Assembly (NCBI GenBank): GCA_002269645.1
Contig: NIVC01004612.1
Location: 1 to 40,542, forward strand
DNA length: 40,542 nucleotides
DNA from: Macrostomum lignano
Taxonomy: Eukaryota
Direction of reading: 5' to 3'
Shown: piece after piece, positions 11,460 to 24,068 of the stretch
Layout: every line of letters starts with the position of its first letter
How positions within the stretch are numbered: position 1 is the first letter of the stretch
Position numbers and translations under genes: made by a program
Notes under the pieces: model-generated
What the model was told of the DNA's origin: nothing
Seen by the model: the letters and a program-made list of their open reading frames with translations, nothing else
Database searches by the model: none

Positions 11460-11875
11460 CCTTTTTGGATTAAAAATCTTTGCCTTCAATTTCTTCCTTA
11501 TTTATTGATCATACCATAGTATAAGCTTGGCAAGTTGTAATCAGTAAAAAAGCATTGCACACTGTTACGATTTACATTAAAAAAATATTACTTAGGACTG
11601 CTGTTCAATGCAACCAATTAAGTTCAATTCCAGCCCCCAGCAGCCTTGGTTTGGCCACTCGGCTACGTTCTGATACTTGGCGGCACTGCATCCTACCATC
11701 CTACGAGTTATTGCATCCTACTACAACAGATAAGTACATTCCATCCACAATTGACTCGTTCGTCTTAAGCAAATACCCTCCAGAATCCACCCTGGGTCTT
11801 TACCCTCCAGAATCTTCAGCAATATGTAACGAAGACAAAACTAACCAGTTAAAAACATTTTGCACTCTCACTCAG

Positions 11876-12035
11876 ATTCTGCCCGATCGCTACGAGGGCT
11901 TCGAGCGCGCTCTGCCGTTGCCGGAGCTCTGGGCTGCCGGCTTTTTAATCTAGCCGGACCTGGGGCCCAGGATATTCAACGCCTATGGCCTGGCCGCTGC
12001 GATGCCATAGGGGCACCACAAATCTGCACCTGGAT
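11876..12035 (+). pseudogene. KDM3: KDM3/JMJD1-family histone demethylase JmjC fragment
   Basis: ILPDRYEGFERALPLPE..(NLA)..PDLGPRIFNAYG..GTTNLHLD matches the KDM3 motif string P.R...L..LPLPEY..LNLAS..PDLGPKMYNAYG..GTTNLHLD. Internal deletion, stops and a frameshift. Preceded by branch (actaac) and ctcactcAG acceptor. Confidence 0.8.
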
Positions 12036-12732
12036 ACCTGGATACTTTTGTCACCATAGCAAAACGAGTTGAAAGTGAGAAGCATATGAATGCTTATTTA
12101 AAACCAGTTTAATTATTGGTTTAGTAACTTTAGTTCAGTGAAAACAGAATTAACTGACTAACATTGACAATTTTAATATCTTCGCTATAGCTACCATAAA
12201 GCTCTCTAGTCATGCTACGCTATAAATTTACACTGAATGTTGACTGTTTACATACGTTACCAATTAATGAGCAATTAACTGATATCCACAGTCACTTATT
12301 ACTCTGTATCCATGACAATACCTGTAAACTATTTTTTACTACTTAAATCCATCACAATAGTAATCAATATTTTATTGCCTAATAACTGAGATATCTTTTA
12401 ATTCCATAATGTCAAATCCTATTTTACAATTCAATACATATCAGTTTTCAAATATCAATTCTCTACTTTTATTCGATCTATTTTGTACTGTACTTCGATT
12501 TATTTATATTGATGTACTGCTTTATTACTCGCACACCATTATATACAAACTGTAACCAATACTGTAAAAATATTTGAAATACAATAATACATAGTGGCGT
12601 AAGAGCCGGCCAAGCTGAAGCGCCGGGCATCCTATATATCCTAAAAATGAGTTGTCTGTATCTTATTTAATAAAAATGAGTTGCCTGTCGGTATTCTTTT
12701 CTAAGGCCCAAATACCAGTGCTTACTTTTAGT

Positions 12733-12844
12733 GCTAAAATGAGTGCCTGTGGAGCTAAAAGGAGTGCCTGCGGCGCTAAAATGAGTGCCTGTGGTGCTAA
12801 AATGAGTTCCTGCGGTGCTAAAATGAGTGCCTGCGGCGCTAAAA
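12733..12844. repeat. 21-bp minisatellite (gctaaaatgagtgcctgcggc) x5
   Basis: Units at 12733, 12754, 12775, 12796, 12817. Confidence 0.95.
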
Positions 12845-13747
12845 CTGATTTTGTTGCATTCGGGAATACAACAAATGGCATACTGAAAACATTAAAAAAC
12901 CTTGCTGCAGTCACTTACATGTACTTACCTAACGATTGCTGTAGTAACTGTATACCACCTGTATACTGGGACAGAAGTTCAGAACATACCGGATTGGGGA
13001 ATTAGAGATATGCGCAGTCTAGATGTATCTACAATTTGTAAAACCTTGCTACGTACTTGTACTTCAGGAATACTAACTTACTCATTCCTTGCCGCCGTTA
13101 TTTAGACTAGCATGCCTTTGCAATAAACAACACAGTCTAGACGGACTTCAGAAAGTGCATAAATACTTAAATTGGTTTTCCGTTAAACTTGCTGCCTGTA
13201 TAGTTCTTGGCTTGCCAACCTGCTAATTAAAAACTAATTGGCAAAGTTATATACGTTCAGAATCGTGTTTTATGCGCATAGCGCAAACTGTCTAAGAAGA
13301 ATAATTTATTCTTTTTTCTCTTTAGACTGTTATTTTTGGCTGCTAAGAAATTATTTTACCTCGCGTACTTCAGCCGCACTACTAAGTAGTGCAAAAAGGA
13401 TATGAAAGGTAGAATCGTGTTTTATGCGCATAGCGAATGACTTTGCGACTGTCAATACACATTACTGGACTGGTCACCAGAGGAAATTTGCTATAGCAAA
13501 TTAATCTATGCAACAAACACACTGCGCGAGAACACACTGCCCTTCCATGGGGGCGCTGTATTTGGGAGTGCTGTCTTTGGGTGGCGCTTGATCTCGCCAC
13601 ACTGATCCATTGGCACTGGAGTTATCGCAGCAACTCTTAACAAAAGAACTCAGGTTGAAAGAGATCTTCCAGAGTGGATCGCGAATCAGATATATTTGCT
13701 ACTTTTCCTCTGCAGTGCTTGAGGGAGGGAATACCCGAAAGCAACAG

Positions 13748-13860
13748 TTTTCAAGATGGTGCGAAAAATGGTCCTTTTCACTCAACTCTGGTTTCTTTTC
13801 CAGATGGATCAAGCGCCCCCGTCACCGCCGCCGCCGCCGCCGACACCAGCGGCCTGCGGC
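13748..13860 (+). repeat. Dispersed repeat copy 3 (short) with Pro-rich exon (MDQAPPSP...)
   Basis: ttcaagatgg..ctcaactctggtttcttttccAG-ATG at 13804; followed by a local duplication of gcggcctgcggctgtgacaaattgcgctgggtgggc. Confidence 0.85.
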
Positions 13861-13928
13861 TGTGACAAATTGCGCTGGGTGGGCGCCTCCGCAGCAGCGG
13901 CCTGCGGCTGTGACAAATTGCGCTGGGT

Positions 13929-14336
13929 GGGCTGGGCTATCTGATTGTGGGGAAAGTTTTCGGAATTTTTTAACATTTTTAAACAGATGTCCCTAAGGTA
14001 AGAATAATACCAATTCACAAAAAATCACTATTTCACTATTTCAGACAGACAGGCTAGCAGGCAGACGGATGGACAGACAGACAGACAGGCCGAGAGACAG
14101 GCAGACATACAGAAGGACAGACAGGCAGACAGACCGATACAGACAGACATACAGAAGGACAGACAGACTGACAGGCAGGCAGACCGATACAGACATACAT
14201 ACAGACATACAGAAGGACAGACAATTCCGAGAACTTTCCCTACAATCAGATATGAACCCTCGGGCGAAATGGTTTGCTGTGAATTATATTTTTTGTTGTA
14301 AATAAAATGGTTCGCCTTAAGGGTTCTGCCCAGCCC
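13929..14336. mobile_element. MITE-like microsatellite module, copy 2
   Basis: Same IR set: 13938-13967/14223-14252 and 14254-14268/14311-14326 (imperfect); outer gggctggg/cccagccc. Confidence 0.55.
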
Positions 14337-14964
14337 ACTTTTTAATTGAAAATCTTGGCTTTAATTTCTTCCTTATTTATTGATCATACCATAGTATAAG
14401 CTTGGCAGGTTGTAATCAGTAAAAAAGCATTGCACACTGTTCCGATTTACATTTAAAAAAATATTACTTAGGACTGCTGTTCAATGCAACCAATTAAGTT
14501 TAATTCCAGCACCCCAGCAGCCTGGCTTATTATAGCGTATTCATTCATATAAATACAATCCGTAAAGATTTAAACTGAATATATTTTAACTTTTATACAT
14601 GGAACTAAAGGAAGTCAAGTCGATGTGTGAATTTACTCTCTTAGTCGACAGCTATGCCCCAGTCATTTGTTTAAAGTCGTAAAACAAGTAACTATAGAAC
14701 TTTGTGTTCGATCGTGGGTCTAATGCAAAGTGAAAGGACATTCAGTCACCTATTATAGCAATAAAATTGTCTGGGCAAGCATACGTATTGGGGTGGGTGT
14801 TTAAATTTCGGACTAATTTGGGGGTTTCGGCCCAAAACCAACCCCCCCCAATCTTTGGTCTTTTCTCCGCCACGGCGTATCACATTTTATTCTAGTATTA
14901 TACATGTACTTAATAGAGCTATAAAGTTAATAGCCGAAATCCCACCTTAAGCAAATGACTATCG

Positions 14965-15180
14965 TCTCTACTCTCCTCTCCTCTCCCCTCTCCTCACCGC
15001 TCTCTTCTCCTTTTTCCTCTCTATTCTCTTCTCCCTTCCCTCCTCTCTCCTTTCCTCTCCTCTCTTATTCCGTCTCTCCTCTCGTCATCCATCTCTCTTC
15101 TTCTCTCTTCTTCTTTATTCCTTCGCCTCTCCTACGCTCGTAGTTCTCCTCTCTATTCCCTATCCTCTCTCTTCGGTCTT
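14965..15180. repeat. Polypyrimidine (TC-rich) low-complexity tract
   Basis: Direct reading; ends just before a tctgcAG acceptor-like site (~15189). Confidence 0.85.
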
Positions 15181-16532
15181 CGGTCTGCAGTTGGCAGAGA
15201 TCGCGGCCAGCTGGCTGTCCGAGCAAGACATTGCTTTGAATGCGGTCTAGCGAGGCCTCAGCAGCTCTAAACGCCCCTGCTGGCCGAAAAGGCAAGGCCT
15301 GTGCAGAGTCGAAGGTCATCCTCTTTGCCTGGTTTCGGCCTTATGCCCTACAGCGATAGTGATGATGACCCTGACAACACGCAGTTTGACGTTTTGGGAG
15401 TATTAGAGGACGTCCAATTTTCGGATGTACCTCAGCCGCCCCCGCCACCTGCAACGTCTGCAGCAGCATCAGCCAATGTGCCGAACCCGCCAGCGCCACC
15501 TCCGACAGCGGCTGCAGCAGCACTAGCTGCTGGTAGGACTCGGCCACAGTTTGAATTATGACCCGACCCTGAGCAAATTAGCTGCGAGGAACTCGCTTTC
15601 ATTCAGGAAAGCTTTCCTGTCAAAGAAAAGGGCCGCAAGATGACTGCGACGGCTGACACAACGTTTGGTTTGCTTCTGCCTTAATGCCTGTACTTGTATT
15701 CGCCTCAGCCTCGCGCCTGATGAGTGCTCAACCGGGCTGGCAGAGCGCACAAAGGCTCATCATACGCTGGCAGCCGCAGCAGCCCTTCATCCGTTCCGCT
15801 TGTTACCGGTGGCCATGGTACCGTTGGCAGCGGGGCGCTATGTACCGATATATTATACTTGGTGCCCCCTGCCATAATCTGTAGAACTTTTGTCACTAGT
15901 TTTTACAGATCCTATATACTAAAAATTATATATCTAAATCCGGGTCTGACAATGTCTGTAACAATAAAATTTGTTTTTTTATGTATGCACTTAATGCATT
16001 GATGACATGCTAAGCTAAATATTTAGTTGCTAAGCAATAGCTGAAGTTAGATTTAGTCAAAATGTAGAACTAAATAAAATAGTAATAAAATATTCTGTTA
16101 AAAGAAGACAGCAGCGCGCAATCCTGGAATTAAACGACTTCGAATGAAAAGAAACTAACCCTATCTTCTTCAAACATTGAAAATTGAAATATCTGTAATT
16201 GGCTAATACATTTCGCATTTGCATTGCAGAATCAACATTTTCATTTTATTGTTTGTATTATTGATATCTGCTTCATTTTCTTTTGCATATATTATTTCTC
16301 AAGTTTGTCATTCCTCAAGTATCGCCTATTTTATTTGTAGTCTGTAGCTGTTGCCTATTTATAATATTTAAGGAATTTTATTGCTACCGATATAGTCTAA
16401 ATTTTTCTTTAACTCTTGCCTTGTTGCCTTGTTTTGTTTCAAAACAGAAAAGCAAAAGTTGTTCAGGTTTAAATCTTATTTACTTCATAACACTTTACTA
16501 CTTCATAAAACTTTAAACAATTATTAAGGAGT

Positions 16533-17930
16533 ATGCCGCCGAAAAGACCTGGAAGGAAGGCTAGGCGCGTTACCTTCGGGCGTCCATTCGAGTCTAAAAA
16601 GAAGCCCGCCGCCGCTATTGATTGCAAGACAGGCAACCTTCTGCTGCTGCTGCTCCTGAGGCCGAAACAAACACTCCTGCTGTCGCTACTGTTGCGTCGG
16701 AAGTTACGAGTTTCATGGTTGCTGCTGCTGCTGATGCATCTCTCTTAAAGGAGATGCGACTGTGGACTGCGAATTGCGCAATGCTGCTGCTGCCTTAGGG
16801 GAGTGTGAATTCTGGAACGACACTCGTGGTAAGTGTTACTTCTTGCAATTGCCAATTTTACGGACAAATAGGTTGTAAAGGAACTAATTTAATTGTACGC
16901 CAATTGTACGAATAGTTGGATTCATAAAACGACTATTTCATAAAACTTTATTTTATTTCATAAGATTTCATAACATAACATGGATTCATAACATGGATGA
17001 TAAAGTTTAGAACGCTATTGCAATCTATATGCTTGAATTATAAGCTAATAACTTAGTATACTCGCCGTAATGTGCTTTAGAGTGCCAAATTCTTGTTGTC
17101 GTGTCTACTACGGATGAACTAACAAGACAACAAGCTGAATTGGACTAAGCTGCTGCACTTAAAGCAGGTTTTTGCCACACTGACGGTAAGCCATGCCTTA
17201 GTTTACTGTCTATTATGGGTGTAAAGCTTTTTAAATCAAGATTAAAGCTGATATTAGAATCTACAAGTGACACAACTGTTATTCAAGAATTTCTGGGATG
17301 TTTGGCCATATCTTAGATTTCTCAATAGAGACATTCCACAACTGTTACTTTGTATTTCGTCAATGCAGTATTGTGATGTCCTTTATTTGGTTCGACTGAC
17401 GTTTTTTACAGTCTAGGTTCAAGACTTAGGGGAGGAGCAATCTTGAAAGGTCATGGTTCGAGCAAGGAATATTCTTTCACCAATATTTAAAGCGCCATTT
17501 TTAAACCAATCTCGTTGGAGGACTTTTTGCTGGTTGGGTGGGTTTTTTATGGAAAATTAAGATTAGTAGTTTCAGTTTTGAAAGTGAGGTTTTCGGTAGT
17601 CACTTAAGTCACTGCAGATATAAGTTTTTTGAGGGTTGTAAAGCACTAGCACTATAGTGCTGTAAAGGCAGACCAAGGCAAGCTGATCCAATTCTTGAAT
17701 ACAAAAAGTATATGTATTTTAACCTTTAAAGGTAAATGACACAGAGGACCGAGCGACGGTCCAAGTTGGCCGTGCCCCACAATGGGTGCCTTTGTCTGCC
17801 TGCTGGTTGAAGCGTATCCCAGGTGATGGAAACTGCTTCTTTTCGGCTATGGCGGATCAATTGCAAGGCACAGCTTCGGAAATGAACTCAGACAGTCTTC
17901 GACAAGCGCTGGCAATTCAGCTGGATTTTG
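16533..17930 (+). pseudogene. Decayed multi-exon gene with an OTU-like cysteine protease fragment
   Basis: ATG 16533 MPPKRPGRKARR, GTAAGT donor ~16830, small exon ~17081-17185, and KRIPGDGNCFFSAMADQLQG..LRQAL (17810-17910), the OTU D-x-x-C catalytic motif. Linking these exons into one gene is inferred. Confidence 0.6.
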
Positions 17931-18189
17931 CTAAAACCCCATGGACCGCTAGGTCCGCCGCAGAACATTCCGCAGGGCATGAAATATGCTCGGAATCATG
18001 CCGTAGGTTGCATGTTTTATAAACTTATAAAATTTGTTTTTGGAGTCTGTAGAATCGCATAGATATATAGCTTAAAAACTACTAAAAGTAGTTATTTAAT
18101 GATATGGGAAAAATTAAAAATACTGGAAGAAAGTTGAGACTTTAGGCTTCAAAACAGTGTTGAACCCCGGCGAATCTGGGGCAAGAATC

Positions 18190-18335
18190 GTCTGATTCTG
18201 GGGATATTCTGGGAAGAGGTTTTGGGAAGAGATTCTAGGATGAGATTCTGGGTGACTCTTGGTGAGATTCTGGGCAGAATCGTGAGATTCTGGGCAGAAT
18301 CGTGAGATTATGGGGATAAGAATCGTGACTCGGGT
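18190..18335. repeat. Short gagattctggg(cagaatcgt) tandem repeats
   Basis: Direct reading. Confidence 0.8.
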
Positions 18336-18849
18336 AGTTTTAAATAAATGCTCCATTCTTTTATCTGCTTTACACCGTTGTAGGTTCTGTACTACATCGC
18401 CGGACTTCAATATAGCCATGGACTTTTTGTCGTTTAAAGGCGTTTAAAGCGGCTGTGCAGGCAGCTCTGACGCCGGTCCTTTTTGGGCGGCCGCGCTGGC
18501 AGCTCGCGATCGACGCCGCCAGTGACAGCAGCAGCGACAGCGCCACGCCGCTACCCCCCGCTGCCACGCCGCTAGGGTCGCCAGCCGCCACGCCAGCAGC
18601 AGCCGCACCAGCAGCAGCCGCACCAGCAGCAGCGCCACCGCGGTCCGCGGTCAGCGCCCCCGTGGGCACTGGTGCCGCCGCCGCGGACACTGGCGCCGCC
18701 AGCAGCAGCCGCAGCCGCAGCACTGTTCGCCAACTGCGCCCGCGGCAGACCCGGGTTACATACGGGCTGCGCCGGAAATGAGGACGAGAAGCATATAGAG
18801 AATTCCCTATATATAATTCCCTATATAAGCATATAGAGAAGCATGAGAA

Positions 18850-19322
18850 GAGAAGCATACCGCAATGTTTCATGCACGACTTAGACTTGATTTTAATAGA
18901 GATATATGAGAAATTAGCTTAGCCGCTGTCCACCGTGCCTGCAGGTGGCAGGTTTCAGGTGGCAGTGCTCGGAGATAAGTGCACCTCGGTCACGAGAGGA
19001 GCCCCTCCGAGACTCCAGGGACAAATCCTGGAGTGCTTTTTTGAGTAGTGCAGAATTAATACAACAAAATTAAGCCACTGATCAATCAAGTCCAGTCGTG
19101 CATGAAACATTGCGGTATTCTTCTATTCCAAGATCATCTTACCTCAGCTCAGTTCCTGGCCTACCAGTCTCCCAGATCCTCTGTTTCTGGGGCCACCAGC
19201 CTCCCAGATCCTCAGATCCTGATTGACTCTCACGGGGCTATAGAAGAATAAGAGAAGCATACCGCAATGTTTCATGCACGACTTAGACTTGATTTTTATA
19301 GAGATATATGAGAAATTAGCAT
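18850..19322. repeat. Three copies of a ~30-70-bp segment in +/-/+ arrangement
   Basis: ataccgcaatgtttcatgcacgac at ~18857 and ~19260; its reverse complement at ~19096. Confidence 0.8.
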
Positions 19323-19925
19323 AGCCATTTCCTTTGATTTTGCTTAGGACATACGCAAGGACAAGTGAAGACTTGCTGGTGCTCTGCACAGTGCACTTTT
19401 TCCCGCATGGACAAAGCCGCTAACGCAAATGTTTTTAACTGCGTCTACCTCGACACCAAGCATGCTATTTGCTGTATAGCCTCAGCGGATTCCGAGGCCA
19501 AGATTGAAGAGGTGACTTATGTGTCTGCCTATTGGCAGCTTGTGATGGCAGCGGCAAAATTTCTGCAACTTGCTGACCTCGACCTTAAGTGTCTACTAAA
19601 AGTACGTTGCTTTGTACATTAAGACCATCTAGCACGTGATGCTATCCAGTGAAGGTTGAGGTGGCTGGCTGAACCCTGTCATTGAAGGGCCAATCGAAAG
19701 AGTTGCCCTGGCTCCACTGCACAGTCCCGCCGACATGGCTTTTCGGCTAACCTGCACAACTACCAATGGTCAGGTTGAGTGTACTGTTGATAAAGCTTTT
19801 ATCTACCACGCATTATATTTAACTCTGTGCATTTATCAGCGGGCTGGTCAGCAAACCTGCACTCTGTTGGACTTTGCGCTCAACCATGATGGGACTGGTA
19901 ATCCACTTTACCTTATGCATTAAGC

Positions 19926-20579
19926 GGCTATCCTTCAGTTTTGTTCCTTTAATTATTTTTGGAGTCTTATATTATTTTTTACCCCTTTTTCAGCATGGCA
20001 GGTCGCCCATCTGCTCCGACGACGATTGTCCCACTGGCTGAGGTCAGGCTAACGACTGACCTATGCAATCTTCCGTTCATGAAGATGCGTGACCTCACTA
20101 TCCTGACTGCTGACACACAATCTGTGATGCGCTGGCTGGCGAAGTACCGGCTGCTGCCCAACAAGCGCCAGAGCCACAATGACAACTGCCCTACGACACC
20201 CCAAATACGGCTTCAACGTCGTCAAGGTGATCGTTACATTGATGGCTGGGCCTAAGCCTGCAAGGACTGCCGCACTCAGGAGTCTATCAGGAAGGGCTCG
20301 TTCTTTGAGCGTAGCCACCTGCAGCTAACCTTACTGATGGACTTCCTGTACTGGGTGAGCCACTACTAGCCTGCCTGAACACTCTTCGCGGCTAGTGTAC
20401 AGTAATTGTACCTGAACGATAAAACGGCCCTTTTCAGGGCCGCCAAATAATTTGATAGTTTTATTTCGTGTCGCGACAATTGTTGTTGGAGCAGATGGGC
20501 GACCCGCCATGCTGAAAAAGGGGTAAAAATTAATATAAGACTCTGAAAATAATTGAACGAACAAAACTAAAGGATAGCC
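19926..20579 (+). mobile_element. Merlin (IS1016/ISXO2-like) non-autonomous deletion derivative, 654 bp
   Basis: 105-bp imperfect TIRs (19926-20030/20475-20579) starting GGCTATCC; 8-bp TSD cattaagc/tattaagc. Transposase N-terminus WLAKYRLL..DGWA*ACKDC..SIRKGSFFERSHL..FLYW; no DDE core. Confidence 0.85.
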
Positions 20580-21962
20580 TATTAAGCTATACTATACTGG
20601 GCTATTAGTATCTGGTATACATTATCTAGTAGCACTAGGCCTAGCACATAGTTTTTATTGGCACACATTAAGAAAGTTGGCATATATTTAAAATTTATTG
20701 GTGTACAATTGAAAATTCAATGAAAATGTATCCGGCATACACAGAAAACCTGCCATATGGGTCATGCCCTACTTGCAGGACATAGAAAACAGTTACAAAG
20801 GGCAGCTTATTTGAGGGCAGCCATCTCACTGTCACCCAGTTGCTAGATTTATGTTTTAAGTATCTAAGCTGCTAGATTTCATTTACCTTTGGGCATGCAG
20901 CCTATCTATGCATTAGATTGAACGCATAATATGCATAATAGTAAATATAATTTACTATAATATAATAGTAGTGGGAAATCCATAATAGGATATTTCCAAA
21001 TGGCTTTACTGGGTTCAATCGACGCCACAATTCCTCTAAATATGTTTTTAATAGGGTTTATAAAGTACCATGCATGGTGCATAGCATAGCCTTGCTAAAT
21101 TTAAGACTTTACTTCCCACTGGGAACGGTTATGTCGTTACGACGTCGTTTTGACATTGCACGTCGCATATAGAAGAGGTTTAAAATTTTTTTTTCTCAAA
21201 ATCACGATGCACTGAGCAGCAAAAAATATTTTTTGCATTGAAGGCAAACGCAGACCCTAAAATAAAATTCTTTGCTACGTCGTATTTATGCTGCACTAAA
21301 TACTTTCGTTGCGACCTGAGTGAAAATAATTTGAATGACAGGCTTTTGTAATATTAAATTAGGTTTGGGTTAGTATTTGTATTTTCTAAACCTGATAGCT
21401 TCTTTAGTTAGATTCTGTTTGATTTTACTTATTGCAAAATAGTTCATTTGGGCCTTAGATAGTAGGAATATAATTTGAATTTAACCATTAGAATAATAAC
21501 TACCTTAAAAATAATATAAAGTTATAGGCTGGATATAAACATCAGAAGAAAAATAAAAAGACTAGAAAAGGGGACAAAAGATTTGAAAAGGTAAAGGGAC
21601 CAAGAAAAGGATAAAGTATTTAGAAAATATTAAATTTATATTTATATTATAATTGATCTTAAGAAAAATAGTAGTTGCAAATCTTGCAACTATTATCCAA
21701 ATAAAAACCTATAGATACATTTAAGTATATATGAAAGTGTAGAGGTTAGGGTACTGAGGTGCTGAGGGCTAAGCCCATCTTTCGCTACATTTGGTTTCCC
21801 TTCTATACCATTATAATATGTAGTTATTTACTGTTTCAGTAACTTGGTTTCCACTTTTCAATTTCAATATTTAAACCCTGAATCCTGACATAATCACAAC
21901 TTCCAACCCTAGGATCCCATAATCCAAATATATATGGGATTTTGGGATCCTGGGATTGCAAC

Positions 21963-21965
<3 letters not shown>

Positions 21966-21999
<34 letters not shown>
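21966..21999. repeat. (TA)17 microsatellite preceded by a 55-bp hairpin (21904-21958, 19/22 paired)
   Basis: Direct reading. Confidence 0.9.
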
Positions 22000-22005
<6 letters not shown>

Positions 22006-22134
22006 CTTTTTGTTGCCAGTTGTAGTTTGTAGCAAGTTTAAATGAGTTTATAGTTGCTTAAAGAGTAAAATAAGACCTGGAACTCTATTTTGGAATGAAT
22101 TAACAATCATATTTCCCAATATTCTGATTTTTAG

Positions 22135-23640
22135 ATGGCTGACAGCCAGGCATTCCTACTTTTCTACCGTGCTGATGAAAGCTTCCAAATTGTTCCAAGG
22201 GAACTTGTCTCTTTTCCCAATCCAGATGTTGCTTGCTATTCTAAGGAGAACTGGCTGGAATGTCTTAGTGAAGTGAATGTGATGGTCAAGTTGGAAGATG
22301 GTGAATATCAAGGTGTTGTTATTTAAGTGTCTGACAATGAGAGTAATTTGGTTGAAACATTGAAATCAGCACGCAAATTAAGATTTGAAAAGGCTTTACA
22401 GGTCTTTAACTTGCTGAGTTACTTCAAGCGATACAAGAGTGGCCGCGATAGGGACAAGGTTCCACCACTGAGCAATATTAGAACTGATACTGAGGTCAGC
22501 GATGTAGAGCAAGAAGCTACTCGGAGGCGCATCCAGAAGCTGGATGCTACACCCAAGTCTTACTCCAGGGGCTCCCGGCCCGCACTAGTCCCATTGCCGC
22601 CGATTCTATCTAGACCTGCACACCGAGACACCATGGAAACTGCACAGCAGGAACGATGCAACGCCATATCAACTCCACAGCAGCAGGAGCGAATTGGCAC
22701 CATGGCAACTCCGCCGGAACCAAATACTTTAAGGCGTGCTGGTTCCTAACGAGAGGTTAATGGCAGGTTTGGTCCAAATTTTCAGCCATACCCTGATTTA
22801 CTTGCTGTACGTGCCCTCACACCCGTGTCATTGGAAGGGCTATCGCATCTTGTGTTGCTTGCACTGAGTGAGTTAGCAAAGCTCAGGAACGAAGTGAGAC
22901 TTCTGCACGGGGCCTTCCAAGCTTCTGCGAGTACCACTGATGCAACAGTTCTGCCGTTAAATCTGGGACTTCCACTCCAGAACCGTCAAGAGTATGAGCA
23001 GTTTGTACAGAAAATACGCAGCGACTCTCAATTTGAGCAGCATGTTGTAAGTGGATTCTCAGTATTAATGTTTTGTATTGAAGAAGACAAACAATTACGA
23101 GCCTTACCCTGTTACATCAGAAAGCTTTCTGAACCTATTCTTAGGTTGATCATCTTCGGCGCATCGGAGGTAGTACTGCGGACCAAACAGTCACTCAAGC
23201 AATCGAAGCACTGCTGTGCCCCCTACTGCAAACACTGTTCAACCAAACCGGAAAGGATTACTCTGTTCAGGGCCGACCAACTGGAAGCTCCAAGCTTTCA
23301 TACCTGGAAGTAATCAATCCGCTGATCTGCAGTAAGTAGATTGACTCCACGGGTTCATATGGCAAATTTAATGATTATGGATACATGTAGTATGTGACAC
23401 TATGTTGCTTGTTGACACTTTGATCTTATCTGTTCCAGATGCAATGAGCAACCAGCCAGGCGTTACGCAGGCAGATATCGAGGCTAGGATCCGTCGATAC
23501 TTTAAGGATGCCGGTCAACGACTGAATCGCAAGCGTAAGAGCACGCCAGCTGTTGTCACCTCCAGTGCACACGAGGAGATCTCCGCTGACCACAATGGCG
23601 ACGATGGTGAAGATGACGATGATGACTACTTTGAAAATAT
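22135..23640 (+). pseudogene. CACTA accessory gene (DUF4806/BEN-like DNA-binding protein), spliced and decayed
   Basis: N-terminal FLLFY..FQIVPRELV; in-frame TAA at 22324 joins ORFs 22135 and 22327; LPLQNRQEYEQF; C-terminal IEARIRRYFKDAGQR typical of such accessory ORFs. Confidence 0.55.
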
Positions 23641-24068
23641 GCGCAGACCAAACTTATCGTATCACATATTGGATGAGTCGACGAATTACATATTTTCCCC
23701 ACGTTTCTGCGCACTATTGATCATTGAGTCAAGGCCATCTTATTTTTCAATCGCCCTCAGTCTGTCTGTTCTTGGTACTTGCTTATATGTGTATGAGTAA
23801 ATAAGTGCCAGCTTCTAATGTGAGCATCAGCTTGTAATCATAAGCATTTTTCTCAATGGTTGTAACTTCTTACTTATTACTTTGCTTGAGTAGCGAACAT
23901 GTTAGAAGGAAAAATGAACGTTATTATTTTAATTTTGTAATATTAAGGATATACCTCACCCAGCAGCAAAATTAGAGAATTAAGGATAAGTATAGAATTA
24001 AGAAAGTCTATCAAATCAAATTTTCAGCGGGCAATCATGTCAACTCAACAAAACTGTAACAAGAGGGC

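Larger units (their letters stand above)
10730..14524. repeat. Segmental duplication: 10730-11647 vs 13748-14524
   Basis: Near-identical exon start, microsatellite module and ~190-bp 3' flank ending ccccagcagcct(t)gg. Confidence 0.9.

Noticed and set aside
15189-15900. Exon-like acidic/Pro-rich segment as a defined gene
   Set aside because: Stops and frameshifts with no recognisable motif; mentioned only as context.
19365-19923. Coding-like segment with splice-like sites
   Set aside because: Short ORFs with no recognisable family.
2704-22326. Alternative genetic code (TAA read-through), suggested by in-frame TAA at 2704, 2731, 5511, 20253 and 22324
   Set aside because: The expected residues differ between sites (Y, W and others), TGA/TAG stops and frameshifts occur in the same remnants, and the long YR ORF ends in TAA; ordinary decay explains this.
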